Shown: positions 1-11,726 of the stretch, piece by piece
Layout: every line of letters begins with the position of its first letter
How positions within the stretch are numbered: position 1 is the stretch's first letter
NCBI GenBank assembly: GCA_973895155.1
Contig: OZ316895.1
Span: forward strand, 19,296,803-19,360,802
DNA length: 64,000 nucleotides
From: Marsupella aquatica
Lineage: Eukaryota > Plantae > Marchantiophyta
Reading direction: 5' to 3'
The notes under the pieces: model-generated
The model's input: only the letters and a program-made list of their open reading frames with translations
The model's database searches: none
What the model was told of the DNA's origin: nothing
Translations under genes and position numbers: made by a program

Positions 1-285
1 GCCTATTGGGGATCATTCCGGCGGCGGAATCCAAACATACCTAACAAGACGGAGGGGAAGACAGGGGAAGACAGGGGAAGGCCTATATTAGGCCGGCTAC
101 GTATCTCATGACCCGATGAAGGATCTGTCCAGTATATGTGTGTAAAATGTTAATAGTAGTAGTAGAAGGTTAGCAGCGTCCCATGCCGCTAAGCCGCGGA
201 AACGGCCTCGCCAAGCACGAAACCTGCGGGAATCGGCTTGAGCTGGGGGGTTTCTTGGGTTTAGGGAGCCATGGGATGCACCACA
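1..285 (+). mobile_element. Right end of a giant LTR-like element (same family as 2644-6240, 22911-27489, 51793-55381, 58774-61188), inserted into a Copia integrase
   Basis: Ends TTCTTGGGTTTAGGG...ATGCACCACA, resembling the end of 22911-27489 (TTCTTGGGGTTAGAGG...ATGCGCCACA). Contains the family hairpin ATTCCGGCGGCGGAAT (15-30). Copia coding sequence begins right after 285. The left end is outside the window. Confidence 0.7.
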
Positions 286-2643
286 CTGCACTACTAAGCT
301 ACAGACCATCATCTTTTAACTCAACCACCCCACATCAACTTGCACTAAGAAACACACCAAACGTCTCTCACTTAAGAACATTCGGCTGTAAGGTCATGGT
401 ACCCATCCTAGGACCTAAGCGCACCAAGATGGGACCCCAAAGACATGCGGGAATATACATTGGTTTTGATTCCGCTTCAATTATCAAATATATGGAACCT
501 ACCACATCTGATGTCTTTAAAGCACGTTTTGTGGACTGTCACTTCTATGAAAAGAATTTTCCCAAACTACATACAAAGCAACAAATTGACAAAGAGAAAA
601 ACTCTACACTGTCTTACTTGGCAAATTGAAGCTGGTTTTTGGAATGACCCACGGGATGGCCATGAAGAAAAGGAAGTACAGAGATTTATACATCTTGCGA
701 GGATGGTAGAACAACTACCGGTCTCCTTCATGGATGCGGCCCAGGTGACGAGGTCTCATATCCCAGCAGCAAATGCACCATCTAGAATCCAAATGGAGAC
801 ACCACCAGCATCAGTGACAGCCCCAAAAGCAAAGAGAGGCCGCCCACCAGGTTTAGGAGATAGACAACCAAGGCAGCGGAGAGCTGCCCCCCCCAAGTGC
901 ACCCAGTACATCGATCAGGAACCAAACTCCAAGACAATCAAATGCACCAGAAGACAACAAAGAGATATCAATCAATTATGGAAGAACTGGACATGTATGG
1001 GACAAAGAGGATACCACGATAGATGAAAAATTTGCATTTCACATAGCACAACAGATCAAAGATGAACTGCCCGACCCAAGAACAATTAAGGAAGCATAAA
1101 CTCAACCAGACTTGCCTGAATGGAAGAAGGCCATCCACTTAGAACTGGATTCATTAATAGCTCACCAAGTGTTTGGACCAATAACAATAGCAGAACCTAA
1201 AACACATCTTACAGGCTATAAATGGACTTTCGTAAAGAAACAAAATGCAAAAGTTGAGGTAACACGGCACAAGGCCAGGCTAGTGGCCAGAGGGTTCACT
1301 CAAGTCCCAGACAGGGACTATGACCTTTATTATTCGCCTGTAATGGACGTAATTACTTACAAGTACCTTATTACATTCTCACTACGCCACAACTTATCCA
1401 TGCACCATATGGATATTGTGACAGCTTATTTATATGGGCACTTAGACAAAGATATATATATGCAGGCCCCTCCAGAATTGGTGCAACGAGTTGAGTACCA
1501 CAGCAAAGGGAAACAAATACATCAAACTGGGAACCAGAAACAAATGGAAATATTTGATCATACAAATGCAGCCATGCTCCAGAAGACTGCAGCGGCAATA
1601 GCACTAAGAGCTCCCATACAACAAATTCAGAATCAGAGGGATCCCACCTCAAGAACTCGCTTTGCAGTACAGGTTTTTATATCAATGTATGGCCTCAAAC
1701 AAAGCGGATTGACATGGTACAAAAGATTTAAATCCAAGATGCTGGCAATGGGATTCACAAACGCTGACATAGCCCCATGTCTATTTCTGAAGCGAGAGGC
1801 AAAAGAATTTAGTATTGTGGCTATTTATGTGGACGATCTGAACCTGTTCAGATCCAGAAAAATTATGATGGAAACCATCAAGTTACTTAAACAGGCTTTT
1901 GAGATGCGCGACCTAGGGCAAACTTCTTTCTGCCTAGGCCTACAATTTGAGCATCTGCAAAATGGCATTTTACTGCATCAGTCCACATATATCAAAAAGA
2001 TTCTAAAGCAATTTAACATGGACAAGGCCACAGCAGTCAGATCTCCCATGGACATTCGATCCCTTGATAAAGGAAAGGACATCTTTTGGAAGAGAAATGA
2101 GATGGAGCCACTACTTGGTCCAGAAAAACCGTACCTATATGCCATAGGCGTCCTTATGTTCCTTTTGAACCAAACCAGGCTAGACATAGCCTTTGCAGTA
2201 AATCTGTTGGCACGCCATAGTGCAAAGCCGACCATTCGGCATTGGAATGGGATAAAGCACATTTTTTGTTATCTTGCAGGTACCATAGACCTGGGATTGT
2301 TCTACCCATCAAATGCTAACTACTTACTAATAGGGTATGTTGATGCAGGCTACCTTTCAGACCCAGAGGATGCAAAGTTCCAGACAGGGTATGTTTTCCT
2401 GATGGGACAGACAGCAATTTCATGGAGGAGTTGCAAGCAAACATTAACAACTACATCGTCCAACCACTCAGAGATAATAGCCCTTTACGAATCAAGTCGG
2501 GAGTGTATTTGGCTGCGCAATGTTATTAATCATATTCAATTCATGAGAATACTGGCATACCTACTGTGTCAACACCAACAAAAATTCATGAGGACAACAG
2601 AGCTTGCGTCGAACAGATTAAAGCAGGATTCATAAAGGGAGAC

Positions 2644-5600
2644 TGTCACGTCGTCAGCCTTGGCCTTACTCGGGCTTCGGCTTAAATAGGCACATCCTTT
2701 GTCAAAATGAGGGTTCAGGTCCAGGGAGGCACGGAATGCACCCAACTTACATCAATAGCGCTATGTGCACCTATCGTCATATATGGACACCTCCTAGGTA
2801 TGATTTGTGTTCCGCCGCCGGAACGTACCTCAATCGATAGCAGGATCGACCCTGGCTTAAGGGCTTCTAAGCCTTCGTATTGTCTGCCTTCGATCCGGAT
2901 TTTGGTGGTATGGGTGCTCAACCCGGGCTCGCAACCACGTACACGCAAGCTGCACCCCGTGCACTACTTGGGTAGTGTGTTCGGCCAAGCGTTGGCACCT
3001 ATACACGAGATTCACACACATACATACGCACAAGCATAAAATCTTGTTTTATACGAAGGAAATAACGGGAAGGGATTTTACTCCATAAGAGACATATGCG
3101 TACACTTAGTTGACCCGAATGCTCTGGAGTGACCAGGTCCGAGGCCGAGGGTGTACACTACAACGGAACCCGGCTCCGCACTCGCCCAGCAAGCTTAGTC
3201 TTACACCCTCCCCTTGGTACTCTTCCACTCCCAGAGGTCAGGACTCCCCGCACATACCGCGGATGTCCAATACTGAGACTAAAAAAACCCCCTCCCTCTA
3301 CCGAGGGGTGCACTAAATACTAAGGGCCGAGGAATGGAGTGTCCTCCCGCCCAAAGATTCTGACTATCAGGCCAAAAAACGGTTGTGTCTTATTAGAAGA
3401 TCCTAACCTACGTAGGCTGGACAGCATGGCGATGCTGGTTTAACTAGGGCAGGTTCCTGTCCCCATAGCCTGATTTAGCTATTCCTAACCCTATTCTATT
3501 CCTACTCTGCCGCTAATGCCTGGCACGCTTGCTAGAGCCGCCTGAGTGGGAGCGGCCATCCCGCTGCTTACGAAGTCTGTTGTTGTCCGCCTTGAGGAGC
3601 TGGACCTGGTCCAGCAAAGATTTGTTCTCTCGCTTCTCCGCGTCCGTCTCCTCTGCTGCCTCCTGGCATGCCTCCTCCAGCTGCTGGGCATCACTCGTCA
3701 GCTTGCCCGCCAGCTGGTCCTGCTTCTCGGCTTTGGTTTGGAGCCGCGCCACTTCGGCCTGTAGCGTGGCTATCTCCGCAGTGTCCCACTGGGCCTGTCC
3801 AGGTCTTTCTGCCAGATGACAGTTTGATTCTTCAAACTGTCAATTTGGTCTGGAGTCGTGTAATCTCGACCTCGTTCCCAGCTTTGGCCTGTTCGGCTAG
3901 GGCGGTAAGGGCGTGCGCCTTTGCTAACAACTCATCGGCGGCTGCAACTTTGGGTCGTAGTTGCAGAAGCTCAGCCTCTTGAGCCGCAACTTTGTTCTTT
4001 AAGTATACGGACTCCACCCGGTACCGCTCTATCCTCTAAAGGGCCTCTGATTGGGCCCGACCTGCCTTTACTGCGGCAACCAACTCCTGATTGAAGAAAC
4101 AGGCTACCTTCCGGGCCATGAACTCCCCGGTATCCCGGGCAATTTGATGAGAGAAATCTTCCAGAAGCCCGTTCAGAAATGTACCCGGTATGAAGAGTTC
4201 CGGGTGGTCCAGGTTGTGCCTGTCTGGAGTTGGGCACGGGCAGACGTCAACACGCGCGGGGGCTGGGGCAGTGACATCCAGCCCTGGGGACGTAGTGTTG
4301 GAAGGGGTTGGAGTGTCCTCCTGCAGCAATTTCCGGTTCTCCGAAATAGCCACCGGTGGGTCCTTGGGAGACCTGGGCTTGAGTAAGGCCTCCGCTGTAC
4401 CGACTTCTATACTTGGCCCAGCCTGTTGGATCGCATCTACGGTTGCGATAACCGACCCATCCGGTACCTCCTCGGTTACGACTATAGCTACTTGTGGAGG
4501 TGGGGTGGGTGAAGCCTGCGTGTCCGCTGGACTTCGGGCCTCGGGTTGGGGCCGTCTCTCCAAGGCCGGGAAAACCCACCTAACTGGGACCAGCTTTGTA
4601 ACGTTGACACGGGGAAGGGTTCGTCGATCAAACCGAGCGTACCACTCGAGAATGATCTCGGTGTGGCTAGCAAAATATGCCTTCCCACCAATGTATAGCG
4701 TCTTTCTTCGCCGCTCCATCTCTTCATGGAATTTCTTAGCGAAGTACGATGCCCACTTCCTAGGTCGATAGTTCTCGACCTGGATAACTTGGGCAGCGGA
4801 GATCTCCCCCGGGGTTCCATCATGTGGAGGGCGTACCTTTGGAACTCCAGTCGCTCAGCTATCTCGGGGATGAGGCAGGTCCTCATCACGAACCCGTTGT
4901 CCACTGCTCCCTCTGAGGGAAAACTCGAGGATTGGTACTTGGCTCCCTTGCCCTCGGGAGCCCGTGATTCGACTCGATGGTCACCTTTGGGTAACCTGAA
5001 GATCATCTTGAGCCGTTCTTCCGTGAGGGACATATTCCTTCCCTGCAGCCGAGTATGTTGACGTGCGTCATCATAATTCTTGACGAATTTTGTCATGTCC
5101 TCCCCGTAGTACCTGCAAGTGTTCCAGGGGAGAGAGGCGAGGTGCTCGAATCCCTGAGTCTTCAGGTACACCGCATGCTTGGGATGGAGGATGTTTTTAT
5201 GCACGTTTTCCCCCATGTGGTGCATTGTCACCTTGGCCACGGCTACCATGGCCAATGGTAACCCGGATGCAGCGGCGGGTTCCTTCCTCTTCTTCCCCCG
5301 TGACTGGCTCGGGGAGGGTGACACCTCCCCATCCTCTCGATCGGGCATAGGTAGTGCTACCGCCATTAGTATTGGGCCTGGGGCGGCCACGGTCACCGTG
5401 TTGTCTGCTGGAGCCGCTCCTTGGGTCCGAGCATGGGGAGGGGACGATGTAGTGTCGGCCCCCTGAGTGTTTGCTCCTCTGGGCCGCCTGAGCAAGGGTG
5501 GGGTAGCCTCGTCGTCGTCGCTAAGGTCCACAGTGTTGATGACGGAGCGTACTTGTACTAGCGGGGCGATCGGTGGTGGGGGTTGGCTAGGCTGAGGCTG

Positions 5601-6240
5601 AGACTGAGACTGAAGCTGAGCCTGAGCCTGAGTCTGCGTTGGTGCGGGTACGGGTACGGGTATGGGGTCGACTGGGCCGGCGCCGATGGTTGAGGGTCTA
5701 GTTCCCATGAAGCTCTGCAGGTGCTGGTAGAAGTTCTCCGAAGCAAGTGCAGACGACCTTGTCGAACGGGTAGTGCTGGACTCGCTGTTGATGATAGCCC
5801 GAACCTGAGCAGGGATGTGGTCAAAGCTGGCGCGTGGACTGATGGACTGGTGCACTACAAAGGGTCGGCTCCCTTTTTATACCTTGAGGGCTTGTTGATC
5901 CCCCGACGTCTCCTCATTGCCTATAGGCTGAACCGTTCATGCTTGTAGTGTACCGGCCACTCCGCCGGTCTGAGTCAGTGCGTGTCAGTGGCCGCTTCCC
6001 TAAGTTTGTTATACGGACCCGAGGGAGGAGCCCCTCCACGCTCGCAACCCGGGCGTGCGAATGGCGATACGCCGCCAGTCCGAACATGAATTCCCCTTAT
6101 TGACTAATGATTTTCTACTCATAATGGTTACCAAAATACTGTCGTTATGCTAATAATAGCGGGCTAAGATACCCCTAACGCGCGTGCTAAGCGCGGTCCA
6201 GACTGAATTACTCATTACTCACCGTACCGGCGGCGTCACA
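2644..6240 (-). mobile_element. 3.6-kb TG...CA insertion (giant solo-LTR-like) with 5-bp TSD GAGAC
   Basis: GAGAC at 2639-2643 and 6241-6245; termini TGTCACGTCG...CGGCGTCACA. Removing it restores the Copia RNase H (IKGD-RTKH). Confidence 0.92.
3513..5855 (-). pseudogene. Retroelement accessory protein: Pro/Gln-rich N-terminus, plant-transposon (PMD/Transposase_32-like) core, C-terminal coiled coil; frameshifted
   Basis: ORFs 4488-5855, 4036-4719, 3832-4017 and 3513-3752. Core YLKTQGFEHLASLPW...LQGRNMSLTEERLKMIFRLP...YIGGKAYFASH is homologous to ORFs at 35665-36264 and 52544-53737. The domain name is an inference. Confidence 0.7.
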
Positions 6241-8262
6241 GAGACCGAACAAAACACATCACTCCTAAATTTTTCTTTACGCATAAACAACAAGGACATA
6301 GTATTGAAGTCCATTGGATTCAAAGCTCACAAAACATTGCGGACATGTTTACTAAATTGCTTCCCCTGCACTACACCGACAACATACAATTTTTGTAGGT
6401 TTACAACACTTAGCTGAATTGTAGAATTAAAACTGTTTAGAATTACAATTGATCTGCTCGCCTTTGCTCAGGGGGAGAATCATAGAGAAGCTCGCAACTG
6501 CCAAACTCCAAGAAAACAAGATTTTAACAAATGACATTCATACACATTGCAAATCAACATCAACAAATGAAAAATACTCACCTCCAACGATGGGCGCGGA
6601 AGAGGCTTTACACCGTGCCTGGAAATAGGAAAATGATTTCCTGTTATGAGAAAATTTTTACTGTTACGAGCAAAAATGAAATATACAAAATTTCTCATTA
6701 AAACTCAAAATATTTTTAAAAATGATCATTTTTGGCTAGCGCCAGGCGCTACTATTACTAGCTTGGGGCGCTAGTAAAAAATGTCAAAAATACAAACCAA
6801 AAAAAATTTCAAAAAAATTTCAAAAAATTCTCATCCATTTGTTGTTTATTGTTTACTGTTTGCTGTTTCCTTTTAATTGTTTCCTGGCACGGTGGTTATA
6901 CCTGGTGCGGAATAGCCACGAAACAATGACCTCAAGGGGAGCAAGTCGATCTCTATTCCAAGATACTACACACCAAACGGCAAATGCAAAATCCGCACAC
7001 TACAAATACCTCATAGCTCATAGAGCCTTCGACCGTGAACTCCAATTGATAACGCCTTCGATCGCGAAGACCCCAAGGAGCTAGTCTTGTACAAATTTGG
7101 GTTTCCTGGCCTGCCTCAAGCGCTCCATAGCCCAGTGCGCACTTCACAAACTTTGCTACTAAATCGTGCGCCCTGATCTATTTTGAGTGCTCTCTATCCC
7201 CAAGCTCAAACAAATCACATCCCTTCCAAGAATCAGTAGTCGCACATAGGAAATGATAGACATTTCATTCTTGACTCCCAACACACACATTCCATCCACA
7301 TAGCTCCCGACTCCACAAGAATCCCGACTCCACGACTCCCGACTACACACAATCCTTTTAGGGCTTTTACCTTGTTACTATTCAAAGACAGATAGCTTTA
7401 CAACACTTCATTCACTAACTCAATTACTCACTAATTACATTAGATTACAGGGTTTTTAGGGATGGAATGGTAACACTCTTTCCCCAGCAAGAAAGGAGGG
7501 GGGGTTTTAATGAGGTTACATTCCCCCCAAACCATAAACCTTTTTTTAAAGAGTAGACTAGAAGTGGGTGCAATATTTTTTTCCTGGGTCATGTTACACC
7601 CAAGGAGGAGTGTTGTAACCTGAGTTAACTAGACCATAGATGAGGTTAACTAGGATAAAGCCTACTCTAGTTAGGCCATACTAACTGCCTAACCACCAGG
7701 CTATTGGAAAGCCTATATATAAAGATATGGAAGGGAATGGAAGTTTAGTCGTTCACTCTATTGCAATAGTTGTTGATTTGTCTAATCTAGGTAAAGGTGT
7801 TGAAGAAGAGGACAAGGCCTTGCTTCTTCTCAGCTCCTTACCCCATCTTATCAGGGTTTGAAGTAGGTTCTCTTGTATAGAGACCTGAAGTCTATTTCAT
7901 ATGATGAGGTGGTAAGCTCTTTGCTGTCAGATGATGCATAGAAGAAATTGGGTCAAGCCCAGACAACATCTTCATCCGGTACTACGCTGAATATAAACCC
8001 TAAGAGCCCGTTTGGGAGGTCTACGTAGTGGACGAATGGAGAATTTAACAAGTTTAGATCTAAGTCAAGGGGGAGATCTAAATCTAGAGGAAAATCGCAA
8101 GAGAGAAAGAGATTGCATGTTGGAGATGTGGCAAGCCTGGCCACATGAAGAGGGATTGTTGGGTAAAGGACTCTATCGCATCAGCTAACGCAACATCTAG
8201 CGCACATGAGGTAGATTTACTCAATAGTGACATTTTATGATGCCAAGGTTTTTCTCTCAACG

Positions 8263-8559
8263 CTCGGGGGTTTCACTTCCACAAAAATGGCATATCACGT
8301 GCGACAAAGGATGGGGTCATTTTATTGGTTCTAAGGGAAGACTTAATAATTTTTGTAGAACAACTATAGGGTCTTTTAAATTAAAATTTGAGACTTATAA
8401 GAACATTAGGGTCTTTTTAATCCAATTTTTGGAATATTCCAAGAATATTTCAACTTTATAGGGGTTAAAAAATAAAATAAAAATCTTACATTTTAGGGGG
8501 TCCGAGACCTAAAAACGTCATAGGTGATGGAGAGGTCCCCATATAGTGAGACCCCCGAG
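8263..8559. mobile_element. ~297-bp MITE with 14-bp TIRs and 8-bp TSD
   Basis: TIRs CTCGGGGGTTTCAC / GTGAGACCCCCGAG; TSD TCTCAACG at 8255-8262 and 8560-8567; second copy at 58515-61227. Confidence 0.9.
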
Positions 8560-11434
8560 TCTCAACGTATTGTCACATCTAGGTGATGATGGCATACCCA
8601 AAATTCTCTTAGCTTGCCCTAAGTCTTTCATCTTAAATTTTGCACTAAGTAGTGCCTTGAGCTTAACAATCTCAAATCTATCCTTGGCTGCGATAAGCAT
8701 GTCATCCACATAAAGTACTAAAACAATGAAACCAAAGATAACATTCTTCATCGGTTTAAGATACACACAAGGATCAAACACATGGATCTAATCGTCAAAC
8801 CGCTTATTCCACTGCCTTGGTGACTGCTTCAACCCGTACAAGGATCTCAGCAATCTGCAAACCAAATCCTCTTGCCCTTTCTTCACAAAACCTAGCGGCT
8901 ATCTCATGAAGATCACCTCTTCCAAGGTGCCATAGAGGAAAGTTGTGACAACATCCATCTGATCTAGCAGTAGACCAAATAAAACAAGTACACACAATAG
9001 CCGTATTGTAGAGTACTTAGCAACTGGTAAGAAGACCTCATTGTAATCCACACTTTTCTCCTGCGTGAATCCCTTGGCTACTAACCTAGCCTTGTAGACC
9101 TTTGATCCACCTCCTATGGAATGATCCTTCAGCTTGTAAATCCACTTGTTGGCCACCACTTGCTGGCCTTCAAGAAGCGTGACCAACTCCCAAGTCTTGT
9201 TGTTCTTTAGTGACTGCATCTCTATTTGCATTACTGCAGTCCACTTTTGCTTCTACTTTGAAGCACTTGCCTCATGATACAAAGAAGGCTCTCCTTCTTC
9301 CAAGATAAAGCCATATGATCATCTTCAGGTGCAATGTCAACATCATCTAGTTTAGATAAATCTGCCCATTGTCCATACTTGGTAGGAGCTCTAGTAGAAC
9401 GACTGAAAGTTCTCTAGTAGATAATTCAGGCTGATCTTCTACTACTGCTGGATGAATTTGAGGTACACCAACATCAATCTACTTCTCTTGTTCCATCATA
9501 GGAACTAGCTCCATACCCATAGCATCTCTTTCTCTTTTGTCATGAACATCATCATGACTTATCTCCCCCCTAACCGAGTCCGAGATAGGAGATTTTCCCT
9601 TGTCAATATGGGAGCCCTAAGAACTCTCTCCCTCCTTTGATGATCTGGATTCATTAAAGGAAACATCTCTACTGACAATTAACTTAGAGATTACTGGATC
9701 CCATAACCTATAACCTTTTACACTTTTTTGATACCCAAGAAAAATGCACTTCCTTGATTTGGACTCCAACTTAGACCAAAGCTGGGAAGGTGTAAGCACA
9801 TAAACATCACATCCAAAAACCTTCAGATGTGAATAATTTGCTTGACGCCCGTACCTCATTTCAAATGGCGTCTTGAATCCAATTGCATTGGATGGAGATA
9901 AATTTACAAAATAAGTTGCAGTGTTGATAGCTTATGCCCAAAATTCATGTGGTAAGCATGATTGGCTCAACATACTCCTCGAGCACTCCAATAGTATTCG
10001 GTTGAGCCTCTCAGAAACACCATTCTACTGAGGAGTATAACTTATTGTGAGATGGCGTGTAATCCTTTGCTTTTTACAATTAATATATTCCAAATTCACC
10101 TGAACCATATTCACCACCGTTATCGGATCAAAAATATTTTATCTTGTTACAAGTCTGATTCTAAACTTGGGTTTTTCACCCCTTAGAAGTGGCAAAAACA
10201 TCAGACTTATTATGTATTAAATAAATCCACATATACCTTGAATAATCGTTAATGAACGTGACACAATAAGCTCTTCCAGAATGTGAGGGAGTAGGGTTGG
10301 TCCCCACACATCACTATGTACATACTAAAGTATCTCCTTGCTGGTGTGACTTTCAACTCCAAAAGGTTTTCTGTGTTGCTTTCCAAGCACACAATTCTCA
10401 CAGAAATCTAACAGTTTACAAGATTGCAAATTAGTAAATAATCTTTTTTTCTGAAGAACAACCAAACCTTTTTCACTCATGTGACTCAATCTGAAGTGCC
10501 ACAGTCGGGCCATCTCCTCATGAGATAAGGTTACACCGGCTTCATCACAGACTACATTGCCCTCCAAAATGTATAGATTTTTATGTCTCTTTCCCTTCAA
10601 CACAACTTTAGTACTAGCTAAAACCTGAAGAACACCATTAGCAAAACTCCATCAATGACCATTTGCTTCTAACTTATTGCAGCCAAGGATAGGTTTGAGA
10701 TTGTTAAGCTTAAGACACTGTTCAGTGCAAAGTTTAAGATGAAAGACTTAGGGCTAGTTAAGAGGATTTTGGGTATGCTATCATCACCTAGATGTGACAA
10801 TACGTTGAGACTCGGGGGTCTCACTATATGGGGACCTTCCCATCACCTGTGATGTTTTTAGGTCTACTTTGTAGAATTGTATTGCTCAGTCTACTACAAA
10901 AGCTGAGTATGTTGTAGCAATGGAACAAGCAAAGGAAGCTATTTGGTTGGATAGACTTATCACTGAGATGGGATTGTCACAAGGGAATGTGAAGCTCCAT
11001 TGTGATAGTCAGAGTGTTCTTCACCTTGTTGTGAACCAAGTGATGGATAGCAGAGTGAAACACATCGACATCAGGTACCATGTTATCAGGTAGGGTGTGT
11101 CTGATAATCAGTTTGAGATAGTCAAGATTGATGGTAAACTCAACCCGGTTGACGCTTTGATCAAAGTGATTCCTTTGGAGAGGTTCTCAAGACACCGTGC
11201 TACTTTGCAAGTTTTGCAATTGAAGCACAAGTAGAGCTACTTAGCATTTTTGTGACTTATTGTATATGGATTCCTCGATCCTGTTAGGCTACGGCTTAAT
11301 TCTAACTAACCCTTAGTTAACCCATGGTGGTTTTTAGGGGGAAACCTATTTAGGTGATTGTCTAGAATTTCCCATTGAGGATACTACATTGTAGCAATTT
11401 GTCAAATCCCCAAGACTAGAGTCAAGGGGGAGTT

Positions 11435-11726
11435 TGTTGAGTATTGCTCATAGTCTTGTGACTTTAGGGCTAATCGCAATTAGGCTAACTCAAGTTAGGA
11501 CTTAGCTTAGGTTAGCATTGATGCATGTTGTATATAACCAGGGTTGATGTCATCCCCTGGTGGATCTTCAGTTCATTGTTGGAGTGGAGCAAGAAAAAAG
11601 TAAAGGTCTTTTGCTTTCCCGTGAACATAGCCCGAGTCGTGAGGTTAACCACGTACTTGTTGTGTCGACTACCGTGTATGGTGTTTACATGTGCATGGTG
11701 TCTCGGGATAAGGATTATCCCCAACA
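11435..11726 (+). repeat. Copia 3' LTR (~292 bp)
   Basis: TGTTGAG...CCCAACA directly after the PPT; clearly similar to the reverse complement of LTR 22293-22633. Confidence 0.8.

Larger units (their letters stand above)
286..6417 (+). pseudogene. Copia pol (INT C-terminus, RT, RNase H), frameshifted and interrupted
   Basis: ORFs 183-629, 445-1026 and 1112-2635, with the RNase H tail resuming at 6246. Confidence 0.88.
286..7750 (+). mobile_element. Ty1/Copia retrotransposon relic (Bianca-like lineage): 3' part of integrase, RT, RNase H, long 3' region, PPT and truncated 3' LTR
   Basis: HLRTFGC, PKRTKMGPQR, KARLVARGFTQ, YGLKQSG, YVDD, YVDAGYLSDP, SSNHSEIIALYE; GD|RTKHITPKF is split by the 2644-6240 insertion. 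PPT AAGGAGGAG (7602-7610) is followed by TGTTGTAACC at 7611. Confidence 0.9.
7750..11726 (+). mobile_element. Rearranged Ty1/Copia relic (Tnt1/Tork-like, same family as 22293-33555) with an internal inverted segment
   Basis: + strand gag/zinc knuckle ~7750-8592; - strand GAG-pre-INT/INT/RT ~8593-10670; + strand RNase H 10866-11235; PPT AGTCAAGGGGGAG ~11420-11432; 3' LTR. Confidence 0.85.

Noticed and set aside
3529-5466. Numerous + strand ORFs
   Set aside because: Antisense shadows of the minus-strand accessory ORF, with no independent motifs.
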